Source: Antedon mediterranea
Lineage: Eukaryota > Animalia > Echinodermata
Direction: 5' to 3'
Length of the DNA: 64,000 nt
Assembly: GCF_964355755.1 (NCBI RefSeq)
Contig: NC_092680.1
Coordinates: forward strand, 14,951,045-15,015,044
Position numbers and translations under genes: made by a program. Shown one piece after another: positions 35,901 to 48,700 of this stretch. The notes beneath the pieces are model-generated. The model saw nothing but the letters and a program-made list of their open reading frames with translations. It was not told the origin of the DNA and ran no database searches. The stretch's first letter is position 1, and each line of letters begins with the position of its first letter.

Positions 35901-38900
35901 AACGGTACGAGTACTCTTAATACACGATATCTTTGCCATTAGGTTCATATCTATAGACAATGTATAACGTGATATATGTGTTTTATTCAGGATACCAAAA
36001 TGCACTAGTATTGTAACGTATACACATAGTGGCAAAAGTACACAGATTCCAGTGTTTTGAATACATTGTTGGTTAATGATATACAAATAATGAATGTTTA
36101 TGAGTGCAATGGTACAAATAATGGCACGAGGTGAATGATGAAAGGTTATATCAACGAGGCAAAGCCGAGTTGATATAACCTTTCATCATTCACCAAGTGC
36201 CATTATTTGTACCATTACACGAATACAAAACATTCATTATTTGTTTTATATAACATCTAGACGTTTTTTTTCGTACACAAAAATGTTTCAAAAAGTACTA
36301 TTTAACGATTGTTGAATAGTGCGTACTATTGCACGCCATGTGACCCACATTCGTCCAATCAAATGACAGGAATTTATATAGGTGTTATATAATAAGCGTT
36401 ATACTTAATTAATAATTTAATTAATACAGAAAACCTATACATACTAAGAAACGGTGGTCATTTTAAAGAGTTTCTAATATTTCCACACTGTTTCCAATAA
36501 TCCCTTCATTGGGACACCCTAAGGGGACACTTTCCTATGAAAGAAAATACGTTAACACAAAACCACCTCTATTAATGAGTTTGGCCCATTAGGCTGCCCT
36601 CAGGATCTACTGCAGTAGTACTTTCTCTCAACATCAGTTAGTACATTAAAAACAAATATTTTGAAGTAAACTCTTCTTTACATTAATATAATACAAGAAT
36701 ACAAAATAATATACATGAATTTGCAAGGAAAGGTATTATAGTTTACCTGTTTTGATAAATAATACTAAGGGTTTATTATTGATAAAGTAAATACACATTC
36801 AATAAAAGGTTTTGTTACTTTGAAACATTTGTTTAGAAACATGTTATTTACTTGACAATGAAATGAATAATTGTTCTAACTTAAATTGTTCTTTTTATGA
36901 ATGATAATGCTATTTTGAATTTGTTTCAGTTGGCGTTCAAAGGTCATCAGACAACCACTTCACAGGGCATATCAATTGATGATGTGAATGTTACGACAAC
37001 TGAGTGCAGTAAACGTCAGTAAAACCTTTTAAATAAAAAATACATAAATTATACTTATAGTGACAGTTATGAAAAACGCCGAAAACATTTGTTTTAAGGC
37101 GGTATAGGTTTGGATAGTAATGCGCACTAGAAATTCCAGAAGCTTTGACTGCTTTAAAACTTCCATAACCCATAACTGCACTTGTTCGCACTTGCTTTTT
37201 ATGCCATTGGTTCTTTGCTTTGTTTTTTCTAAACACAAATTTCAGTAGTAGACAGCAAATAAGCAAGTTGTTTTTACAAAACAACCTGCTAAATACCATT
37301 TTCCCAATAAACCATTAAAAATACATATACAATGTATCTGTTTCCATTTCTTAATGTAATTTTTTCCTTTAAACTACAGCTGAAAATAAAACCGAATATG
37401 TTGGAATAAGATGCGACTTCGAATCTTTTGAAATATGTGGTTATAAACAAGATAACTCGGATGATATGGACTGGGTATGGAGTAGTGGAACAACATACAC
37501 ATCTGGCACTGGCCCATCAAAGGATCATACACGAACCGATCAGTTTGGTATGTTTATTATTATCATTAATATTTACTGTAACTCTCGCTCGTATTAAAAG
37601 TCAACTCTATAAGAAAGAGCAAGTCTAATACATAATAGCAAACAAGAAACATTCTGTTCAATGTCATGCCTATTTCCCAGACCACCTCTCATCAATTTTT
37701 CTCTTCTATTAACAAGAAAAAGAAATGTTTTTGTTAATTATGCAATTTTTCACATAATATATTTGATTTTAATTTATTAAGAAAATCATCAAAACAATAC
37801 ATATACAAAGTGATAACATAAATTACTGACATTACAAATAAAAACATTTATAAACATTTATAACTTGATTAAAATTGCGAAATGGCCTATTCAGAGTCTT
37901 TTTTTGTTATTAATCTTCATTTTCCATATTTTTTTGGGACATCTTTTTAGGCGTAACAATTAAACATTGGTTAAAAAGAAATTTTAAAATTCCTGATTCA
38001 ATTATTTAACTGTTATATGTTCGAATAATTATCTCTCAACATTCACTTATTTGAAATTGTTCATGGTAAAACATTATTTTTTGAACATATATAGTCTGAG
38101 TTTTATGACAATGCTTTTTATATTGTTTTATTACGGTATAGGATTTTACATGTATTTGGAGACATCAGTCTACCCAGTAGTTTCTGGCCACAAAGCCCGA
38201 TTAATCTCTCCATCTATGAACAAAACAACGGATAATTGCTTAGAGTTTTGGTACAATATGCACGGCCGTCATTCCGAGAGACTAAACGTATTTGTTAAGG
38301 AGTCAAAATCTGAATCACTTGGTTCAGCAGATTGGACAAAGGCAGGAGATCATGGAGACAAATGGTACCGTGGTACGGTGACTGTCGATACAAACTTCAA
38401 ATCATTTTACGTAAGTAATACTGTATATTCTCACAAACGCTCTAAAGCCTGGTTCCCACTAGCGACGCAAGGCAATGCAACTGACGCAACGTAAGAAAAT
38501 CTAATAATTGTGTTTGTCCCCACCGCCTGCGTGAAATCAAACCTGCTTGTTTCGCGTCAATGCAACGTTAGCATGCGCGCCGTATATAGTATATATAAAT
38601 TTAGTACAGTATATAGTAGACTTTGACATTGTTTAACTGGTACTTTTGAGTACGCGCTGTACTATATTGCGTTGTTGTATGAAATCAAACTGATTTGATT
38701 TTCCGTACCGACGTGTAATTACGCAATACAGCACTTTGCGTCGATACGTCGCTGAGTTACGTTGCGTGGGAACCAAGCTTTACATATATGTATACATAAA
38801 TGAAATAATGGTATCCGCCAATAACTACATAATGTATAATACCACCACCAAAATTACACAACCATAGAAGTCACGCTTGCTATTTGATTGTTACGTTGGT

Positions 38901-41900
38901 TATCTGCTTCTTTCTTTATAATGCTAATTAATTGCCAAATTTACATATTGTTAATATTGTTATAAGGACTGTGGGCTACTACTAATGATTGTACTCCAAA
39001 CATGTCGCTAACATAGCACTGTTTGTATTATTATTAAATATTTTGTTACATTTAAATTTATCAATACTTACATAGTTCTAAATGTATAAAGGAAATCAAT
39101 AATGGATGGCATGATCTATTTTCCTGACACTTCTTGTTTGATGTCTCTTCAATAATCATTTTGAAGTAAGAGATTGCTTTGAAAAATGGAGATATTTGTA
39201 ATATTTATATGTTCCAAGTTTTATGCATAGTACCGAATAACTCGATGGGTTTTCCAGACAAAACAACATAATTATGTAATGTCGTTTATTTTGAGGTTTC
39301 GATTAAGTTGGAACTATTTTGTCAACATTACGGAATAAAACCACCAGTAAAAAATACAGTAGATTGATTTATATTCTAGCAGTAAAAGAGTATACCAACG
39401 ATAGCATGCAATATAGTTTGTAGGTTTATCTTTCAGGTTGTGTTTGAAGCAGTGAGAGGCGAGGGAGACTATGGGGACATTGCTCTTGATGATGTCTTTA
39501 TACATGAAGGAAAGTGCCCTGAAAGTAAGATGTGTTCATCTATTAGGACTATATAATTATTTTGCTTGACTCACACTCTTGAATTAAGTTAGACGAATTG
39601 AAAAATAACTTGGGAAATAATAAGTATAGGCCTAAAGTATTTTCCCATGATCAAATGAGATTGTTCATGTGTTCAAACATTTCTTTTGTTTTTAGCCTAC
39701 TCATTCCAAATTGTGTTTCAACGTTGGCGTTAAAATATTATATTATTAATATAAAGTAATACTTATAAGTAGAACAAGGGCATTATTATAATGTCAGGAT
39801 TCCACTCGGGATTATAGTTGAAAAAAAAACATTTAGGCATTTGTTACTGTAATAAATAATATGATGATCCCTTAATCTACAAACATAATGCATATGGAAC
39901 TTTCCCAACACTTTACGTAAACATAAAAGCTATAGGCTTATGCTTATATTGAAGCGGCCATTTTATGAAACCGAATATCAATGTATATTATAATGGCACT
40001 AAATAGAAATGTGATATTCTATCTCGCTCCGCTCGATCGATTCTCTAATTGTAACTTTTAATTTTCGCAAACAAATGTATTTTTAGACCAATTACTTCGT
40101 GGCGGTTGAAATCCTGCGTTCGATAGTACTCGGGCATATATTCTCTACGTCACAAGCTGTAGAGCAGAGAGATCATCTTATGTTCGCTTATTTTGACGAC
40201 ACTCGTCCGTAGAAGTTGTCATAGAGTAAAATGCCGATGAATTGATCGTGATTTTAGCTTTTACATTATATTATTGAAATACATTTTAGTTCCCACACCG
40301 GCACCACCTCGACCAATAGCAGACGTGAGTTGCACATTTGAAGTTGATATGTGTAACTACACTCAGGGAATTGGCGACAAGTTTGACTGGGCTCGATATA
40401 CAGGAGATGGATACCGGAGTTATGTACTACCCCGTGTTGATCACACCTTAGGAACCGATAAAGGTATGCAGATTATTAATTTTTTAAATTTAAACATTAG
40501 TTAATTTTCTACTACTAAATAAATGCTATACGAATAATGAATGTGTATTGGAAGGATATGTCATAGATTGAACGAATGAATACTCTATTTAAAAGGCCGA
40601 GTAAAGTTAATGTGGATAAACGTATTCACACTATTACAATTCATTACAACTAGCAAGCGAGTTATCTCTATCAAGGTTAAATTGATAAAGAGACTCGACG
40701 TTGACGCGGGCCACCATCTTGTCTTGAATATACAAATGATGAGGAATAGTGAAATAGTAAAGATCTAGACGGGGAAGCATTTCAGTACTGTATTATTAAA
40801 TCTTAATCTGAATCCTGTTTATCAATATGTAAAACATTTTTTTTATCACAACAATGGTGGTTTTATGAGTACGTAGGCCTATTTTTTTCTCTTTTATTTT
40901 TTTCTATGAAATGCATAGCAGGTTAATTCTATGCGTCACCTACATGTTTTCTATTTTAAATTTTAATTAGGCCATAGGCCTATGATTTTTAATAAATTGT
41001 GTCTTTATTTGTACTGAGGCTATAGGCCTATAGTTAACTCTGTTGCTTTAATAATTTGTCAGTTTTTATTTATCGGTTTAGGCGCTTTTGTTAACATAAA
41101 TCCGCTGTATTCAAACACTATTGGAGATGACGCCAGACTGGTTACACCGTTGATTAAAATGAACAAGGAGACGATGTGTTTGCGATTTTATTTTTATATC
41201 AACCATTGGTCAGTAGATAAGTTTGCTGTATATGTAGTACTAAAAGGAGATAGTATGCCTATTGATCCGTTTTGGGCGATTTACAACCAAAGGTCTTCTA
41301 CATGGCAGTCGCAGGATCTTGAAATATACCCACAGGATTCAGACTTTTATGTAAGATATGTTTTTATATTGCTAATTACATTTTACCTACGTTTTTAATC
41401 TAATTTAAGATCACAAACATAAATGCACGAAAAACCCTTGAAAATAAGAAAAATAAGTCGATTATAATTATTTAAGCGGCCAGCTATAAATACGAGATTG
41501 ATATTTTCATATTGCTTATGTGATGCACACACTTTCGATCGATCGTAAAGTGGAAAAAATGTATTAACGGATTCTGCCAAAAAAGGAAAAACAATTCAGC
41601 AACGGGACAATGTCAGGCTTATATTATAATATAGATGTACGTGACCGTACCATTCTTTGCCAGCTAGGCCTAAACAACTAAGCCTACTGTAAGACTGTAC
41701 TGTAAGAAAAACAATGCACTACCTAAGTAGCTCGCGTCGAAAGTTCTATCGTAGACGTTTCTATGCTTATCTTAGTTAGGCTTAGTTTTGTAGGGCTAGT
41801 TGGTAAAGGGCGGTAACATCGAACATCGTACGTTAGCTACAGGCCTAATCTGACGTTGTCTCGCTGCTGAATTAATTTTCTATCCCTTTTTGCAAGAATC

Positions 41901-44900
41901 CGTTAATACAATTTGGGGAAGGCCTGGTATATTAAAAGTTACGGTTCTTTTTATTTGTTTACCCCTTCAATATGAAAATATCAATCCGCGTGCGTATATG
42001 CATGTTGGAATTTATAGTGAGCCGCTAAAATGATTAGAATCGGCTTATTTTTCACAATTAACAGTTTAAAGACGAAAAAAAAATATAGCAATAGTATTTA
42101 TTTTTACATAAAATGTAATGTGTTCTTTACCCTTAGAAGGTACAATTTTAATACAAGGAATGACCTGGTTTAATGTTTTTAAAATTATATATATTCATTA
42201 TTTTTACAAAACGTCAACAATTGTACGTAGGCCTATAGTTTCTTTAAGTTTTATATTTTCCAATGACAGATAATTAGTAGCCTATAGTTAGAATTAACCA
42301 TAACACATGGTTGAATAAAAAGATCTTGCATATCCTATCTACATAAATTGTTGCCAACCTTTGAGTTTGAAGAGTTTTAGATGGACTGTCTTCTCTGTGT
42401 CAGTTCTGCTATTGTATTGATTAGTAAAGAAAAAATATTCGGCATTACTAATTCTGAAAAAAAGATTATTTTCTAGACAAAAAGTCCAACAATTGTCATA
42501 TTAGATGACTTAATACCATGTGATCATTCATCTTAATGGCCAATAAGTACACTTGAGGAAGGAACACAGTGTTATGATAACAATGTCATACATTGAAACA
42601 GTTCAAAGTTTATTGTTACATCTCTGGTCGTTTGTTCACAAACTTGAACCAAGTTATTTTTTTTAAATACTCAATGACTAGTTTATGTCTGAAAATATAT
42701 GTTTCTTTAAATTTGATAGGTTTGTCAGATATAAGTTAAATGATAAGGCCAACAGCCATAAGTCGCGTGCTAAAACGCATAGTGATACCGGACCGACAGA
42801 CAGACCGACAGACCGACAGACCGACCGACAAAGTAAACTATAGAGAATAGGCCTACTATTACATGTACTAGAATAAATAAAATGCTATGAAATAGAATTC
42901 GAACCAAAAAAAAAAATAAATAAATAAAATAAAGGCTTTAATTGAGTGTAATCTTTCTTAATTTTATGAAAAATTATTTACACTATGGCAACTGAAAAAT
43001 ATTTAAAATGTAGGCAAATGTACACAATTTTGTTTTCATTGCCGTACTTGTATTTTCTTGTATTTTCTTGTTTAGATTATGTTTGTGGGGACAAAGGGAT
43101 CATCAACTTATCCAAATATTGCATTAGATGACGTTTCAACAACGAGTGGAGTTTGTAAAGTCAGTAAGTATATATCGCTACCGGTAGTCGATACAATTAG
43201 CCTTGAAAAATAGCGCCAAATTCTATAGGAAGTATCCATTTTGGTTGGTGTTTAAATGGCGCCAAATGCATTTAGCTCAGTGATACTTTAGGAAAGGACC
43301 ATTTTTGATTTTCTGTAATTGTTGAAGAAACCTTCACAACAATTTAGTTGATTGTTTTTGTAATCTATTTGAAACAAGACTTAGAAAAGAGTGCTGGTGT
43401 TAGGTTGGATTTCATTTACATATTTCAATGTTTTATGTCGATGCATATCATAAACTTTAACTAACACGTTTACATGATTGAATTACAACTGATACGGTAC
43501 AATTATCAAATGGTTCCTTTTAACGATATTCTTAGATACTTACGGTACTTAGTTCCGTGTCCTTGGATGGAAGAGACATGATAGGATGTCACCTGGTTTA
43601 GTCATAATAGTAGAAGCAAGTTTTGCAACCCAGAAAGTAATGTGATAATACCAGCATCTAGCATAGCAACAACTAACAAACAATTTTGAATTGAATTATC
43701 GAGAACCGAAAACTCCCATACATTGTAAATTATATCAAGACAATCTAGCAACATGTTGCTCAGCTTTGGAGATAAAACGTCGAATAACATGTACTGTACA
43801 CTGTTACGAGTTCCTATCTAGGCGAGCCCAGTGTCCTGTTGTTAAATTGTCTGATTAGGCATATATCAAATAAGGTTTATAATGTTTTAAATATTTTAGT
43901 TACACCGACACCAGGTGTTCCAGACGCAGACTGTGATTTTGAGAAGAACATGACTGTTTGTGGCTATGAACAAGACACAACTGACAACTTCGATTGGGTC
44001 TGGCACAAAGGATCAACGGGTTCAGACAACACGGGACCTGCAATTGACCATACAAAAGGCGATGCTTCAGGTAATACTTCCAATGGAAACTTTTTTATCG
44101 TCTTTTGTTTAACCAAAACCATTTAAAATTTAATTAGGCTAATGTAAATTACTCTTTGACGCTCTTGTTGGTATATGTGTTATATTTGATTTATATTTTT
44201 CATTTTTTATTTATCACACATTTTAAAACAATTGTGTAAGTATAGATTCTTGAAAATCATTTTGAGGCTCATTTTCATTTTATAAAATATAATGAAAATT
44301 GTAATTCAGATTTACAAAAATAATTATTTTTTCTTATAATAATCAAACATTTATATAGCGCTAATTCCAAAACGATAATCAATGGTGCATTGTATCCTGA
44401 AATTTGATTAATTTTTAAATTAATCTTATTAATGAAAAGTTAGTAACCGTTTTACAAAAGGTTGCTTGTTTCCAAAGAAATACATTCTTTAGGACCAGAG
44501 ATTAGTTAGGATAAATACATTGCTCATAACAGTAAAATATGCTCATAACATAACTGAAACTATACAGTCGTTCCTATACATACATACATTATGTTTATAT
44601 AACTTGCAATTTAAGGTCAGAAATTATTTTAATTGCGGATTCCTTTCCCATATTTATTTTGGTAAATAATAAGTAGGCCTATACTTACGGAAGGAAGTTG
44701 CTGTTGAAACACAAATATTTAGTGATACAGAGGAAAGGACAGTTTATTTTAACAATATGCAATGGGAACCATATTCGTATATATATATACGAATATAAAA
44801 CCACAAAACCTTTTGGACTTAACATTAGGAACATACTCCCAGATCGGTAAAATTATTCCATTGACTACCAAAATTTAAGTTTCAATATTAACAACCATTT

Positions 44901-45717
44901 AAGCTGTTTTTTAGTCTCATTCCAAAATTGTTTATATCTCTACCAAGCTACCTTCTTTGTTTTCTCTTATTCAGACTCCACCCTGGCTCCCTTTGTTATA
45001 TTTCTTTTATTCCTGTCCACCCAGGCACCACTTGCCAGCTTTATACTATGACGTTATCCAAATTCCTTCACTTGCACTGATGAAGGGCTAGTGTTGCCCG
45101 AAAGCTCTGCTAACTTTTCTGGCTGTTTACTTTATCGTTTTGATTTAGCTTTTCGCTTTTTATTTTTGTATCTCCATTGAGATCCAGCCACTGATACCCA
45201 CAGCATTGTCATTTTTTTCAGTAATTTGCCATTGGATTTATATATATATATATAAAGACTTTTTCTCATTCTCACAGATTTCCTCATCTTTATCGTTTCA
45301 AATTAATTAATTAAATTTCAGTATATCACCGGGCGGTTTAGAATTAATGTTCTTTGCCTCTTGTGTTTATATATATATATTTATTTATATATCGTGAATA
45401 AAAATACTGAAAGATGAGGGCGTATCAATTTGATCTCTGTTGCGCGTGTGTACAACTGAGGACTAGTGCTGTTCCGCCGTACCACGCCGAGAATGTTAAA
45501 GAGTCGTTATTCAATCGAGTTCGCACAATACCATGAAAGCCCCAGTGGTCTAATGGTTAGGACATCTGCATATCAAGCAGGCGGTCCGAGTTCGAGTCTC
45601 GGTTGGGGCGACTTTTTCTCATTCTCACAGATTTCCTCATCTTTATCGTTTCAAATTAATTAATTAAATTTCAGTATATCACCGGGCGGTTTAGAATTAA
45701 TGTTCTTTGCCTCTTGT

Positions 45718-45767
<50 letters not shown>

Positions 45768-48700
45768 GTAAATATAAAGACGATTGTGCCTTCATACTCT
45801 GTAGGCCTACTATAAAATAAATAACACTTTTGCATAATTGTTAATAGAAAATACATAATATTTAATACTGTGGATAAAAACAGAATGGCTGCAACATTAC
45901 TAAATTAAAGTATTTCATTTTCCAAATGGTCGATTTATAATATTTGGAAGCAAATTTATATAGATTTCATTTGAGATAAAACTGATAGGTAGAGTGAACT
46001 CGCATTACATTAGAAAATACTAACATATGACATTTGACCTCAGCGTTTATATGTGAAATTACTGCAATCGCTCTTTGTTTCTACACTATAGGTCACTATA
46101 TATACATAGAAACATCAGACCCACGTCGACCAAACCAAAGAGCTAAAATCACATCTCAGACTATCGCTGGACGTGATGAGCCAATCTGTCTTCACTTTTG
46201 GTACCACATGAAAGGCGAGCATGTTGGAACATTAAACGTTTATAAAATATATACAGGCAGTACTTACAGACGGTCAATCTGGACCAGAAATGGCAACCAG
46301 GGCAAAAATTGGAAAGAAGCATCTGTTTTAATCAATCAAGACTACGAAGGAAGTGGAACCTTTGACATTGTGGATCTCAGTTTTAAGGTAATTATACAGT
46401 GTGTATTATGTTAAGGCAGAAGCATGAAAAATAACATATTAATATAAATATCGTTAGTGTAAAATGATGTAAGTACAACCCTCTGGATATCACTACCACA
46501 CAACGAAAAATAAAGAAAAATCTTTCATGGATCACTCTGGCAACAAGCTATCGATTTCTTGGAAGCGCTGATTTAGTTATGTCCAGCCTTACGGCATACT
46601 TTACATAGTAAATTCAGTAGAAGAGAAACAATGTCCCCTGCCCCTCCCCCACCCCCATCAATGTATGAAAAATGTTAGTTTACTGCAAAAGCACACATTT
46701 TGGCTAAAAACAAGTGTTGTAATATATGGTTTAGAAAATTAATATTCAATGTCACACAAAATTATATGTTAGAATAGTGTTTTCTCTATTCCTGTTTAAT
46801 CTTGACCAAATAATTTATGCATTGATTGATAAGTTAACATAGTATTTTAATTAAGTAAAATTTGGTCACCAATCATTCATAATTTGCTGAAAAGTCACAT
46901 ACATTTGAATGTGAAAAAAGTAGGCGAATACTACTTTTGGAAACGTACTTCTTCAATCAAGCTACCTAAAAAGCAATATCGGTTTTACAAAGGAAATCGA
47001 ATACTTTAGAAACTTCCTAATTTCTTCCTGCCATTAAAATAACATTGATTGTCAGTTAGAAATTAAACAATGCATGCGGTTCATAGAATTGCCCTATTCA
47101 GAATGATAGTACAGTAGTAGATTCAGTCAAGTGGCAGATTTTTATTGGTCATTCATAGCAGAGTTAATATTATAGTACTGACGTATACTATCATCAGTTT
47201 GTGCCCTTTGTGTGAAAGTTTTGCAACAATTATATTAGTTTCAATGTATGTGTATTGTTTCTGGGGTCTTTCTCGAGACAAGAAACTTGATTTCTTCTAG
47301 AGAAGACCCCAAATGATGGCTTATTACCATGTTTTCATTTAAATAATGTACACACCTATATATTATACTGTTAAAAAATATGCCATTGTTGAACAAATAA
47401 ATGTTTTTTTGAATTGAATAATTATAATTCATGAGGGCGTGTGGCACAGTGAGGGCGTGCGCCGCAGTATGTTGGATTGCTGATCGTGACAAGACACTTT
47501 ATTTACGTTTGACTCTCTCAAACCAGATGTAAAAATGGGTATCTGGTTAGGTCAAGACACAACCTTGCGCTGATTACTAGCTGCATTATCGGAGTATGTT
47601 TCCATACGTATTTTGTCAAAAAAAATGACCGGGGTAATAATGTGAAGTGAATAATTGTGCAATGAGCGCTATATAGAAACGAATACTGATTATGATTACT
47701 ATTACATTTTTTGTTATAGGTTTCGTTTGAAGCAATTGTTGGCGATGGTCATGAGGGCGACATTGCTATTGATGATATAAAGTTTGAAGTCGGATCTTGT
47801 AAACCAGAAGCACCAGAAGAACCGCCAATTACAAAATCATGTGACTTTGAATCGGGATTGGAGAAATGTGGCATGTATCAAGCTATTGGAGATGAGTTTG
47901 ATTGGATTTCTATGAATAAATCAGTACAAAGTAACTACAAGAAGTACAAACCGTATATCAAAAGTAAGACTTATTTCAAGTTTTGAATACAAATAGGCCT
48001 ATGCCAAAGTTTCCATTTCAATTCAAATAATTATCTAATTACTCTATCTATTTTTTCTTTATTAACATAAAGATACTTAGGTCTAGCCTACTGGGTACTC
48101 TGTGTACTGCAATTCTGTTTCTCCCGCTCTTCAATTGTCTTGTTTTATCAGATTCTCCTTGGTCTCTCGATTTCAACAGTTAAATAGGCTTTATTAATTA
48201 TACATTTTCATTTTCAGTCATTGTATCTTTATTTGTCCATTAAAACTTAAAATTAACAGACATTTGCTTTGAAAAACTGGCATATCATCATATAAAAATA
48301 CACAGAAAATTACACAACACAGAATCAGCATGCTAGCAACACGCTATAACATGATGAGCATGATGAGGCTCGAGACAATGAAAGATGTTGACTATTTTAG
48401 AAAGTTGGTCAACAAACGAAAGAAATGGAGAAACCTGGTACAAAGAGTAAAGCAAGGCAGCGCAGGCGGAGAAATCAGTAGATTACTCGGTGAAGAGGCA
48501 CTAAATAAAAAAAATAATATAAATAACAACACAGTAAAAACAAATTAGTCTGATAAAAGATTAAAAAGTACTTATTATAATAATGATTCAATATTGCACA
48601 TTTTTGGTAATTAAATAATAATCAATACAATCAATCAATAAATCAAAATAACATTTTCTATCGTTCATTCACAAACAAACATAATTTCTTACAATATAGG

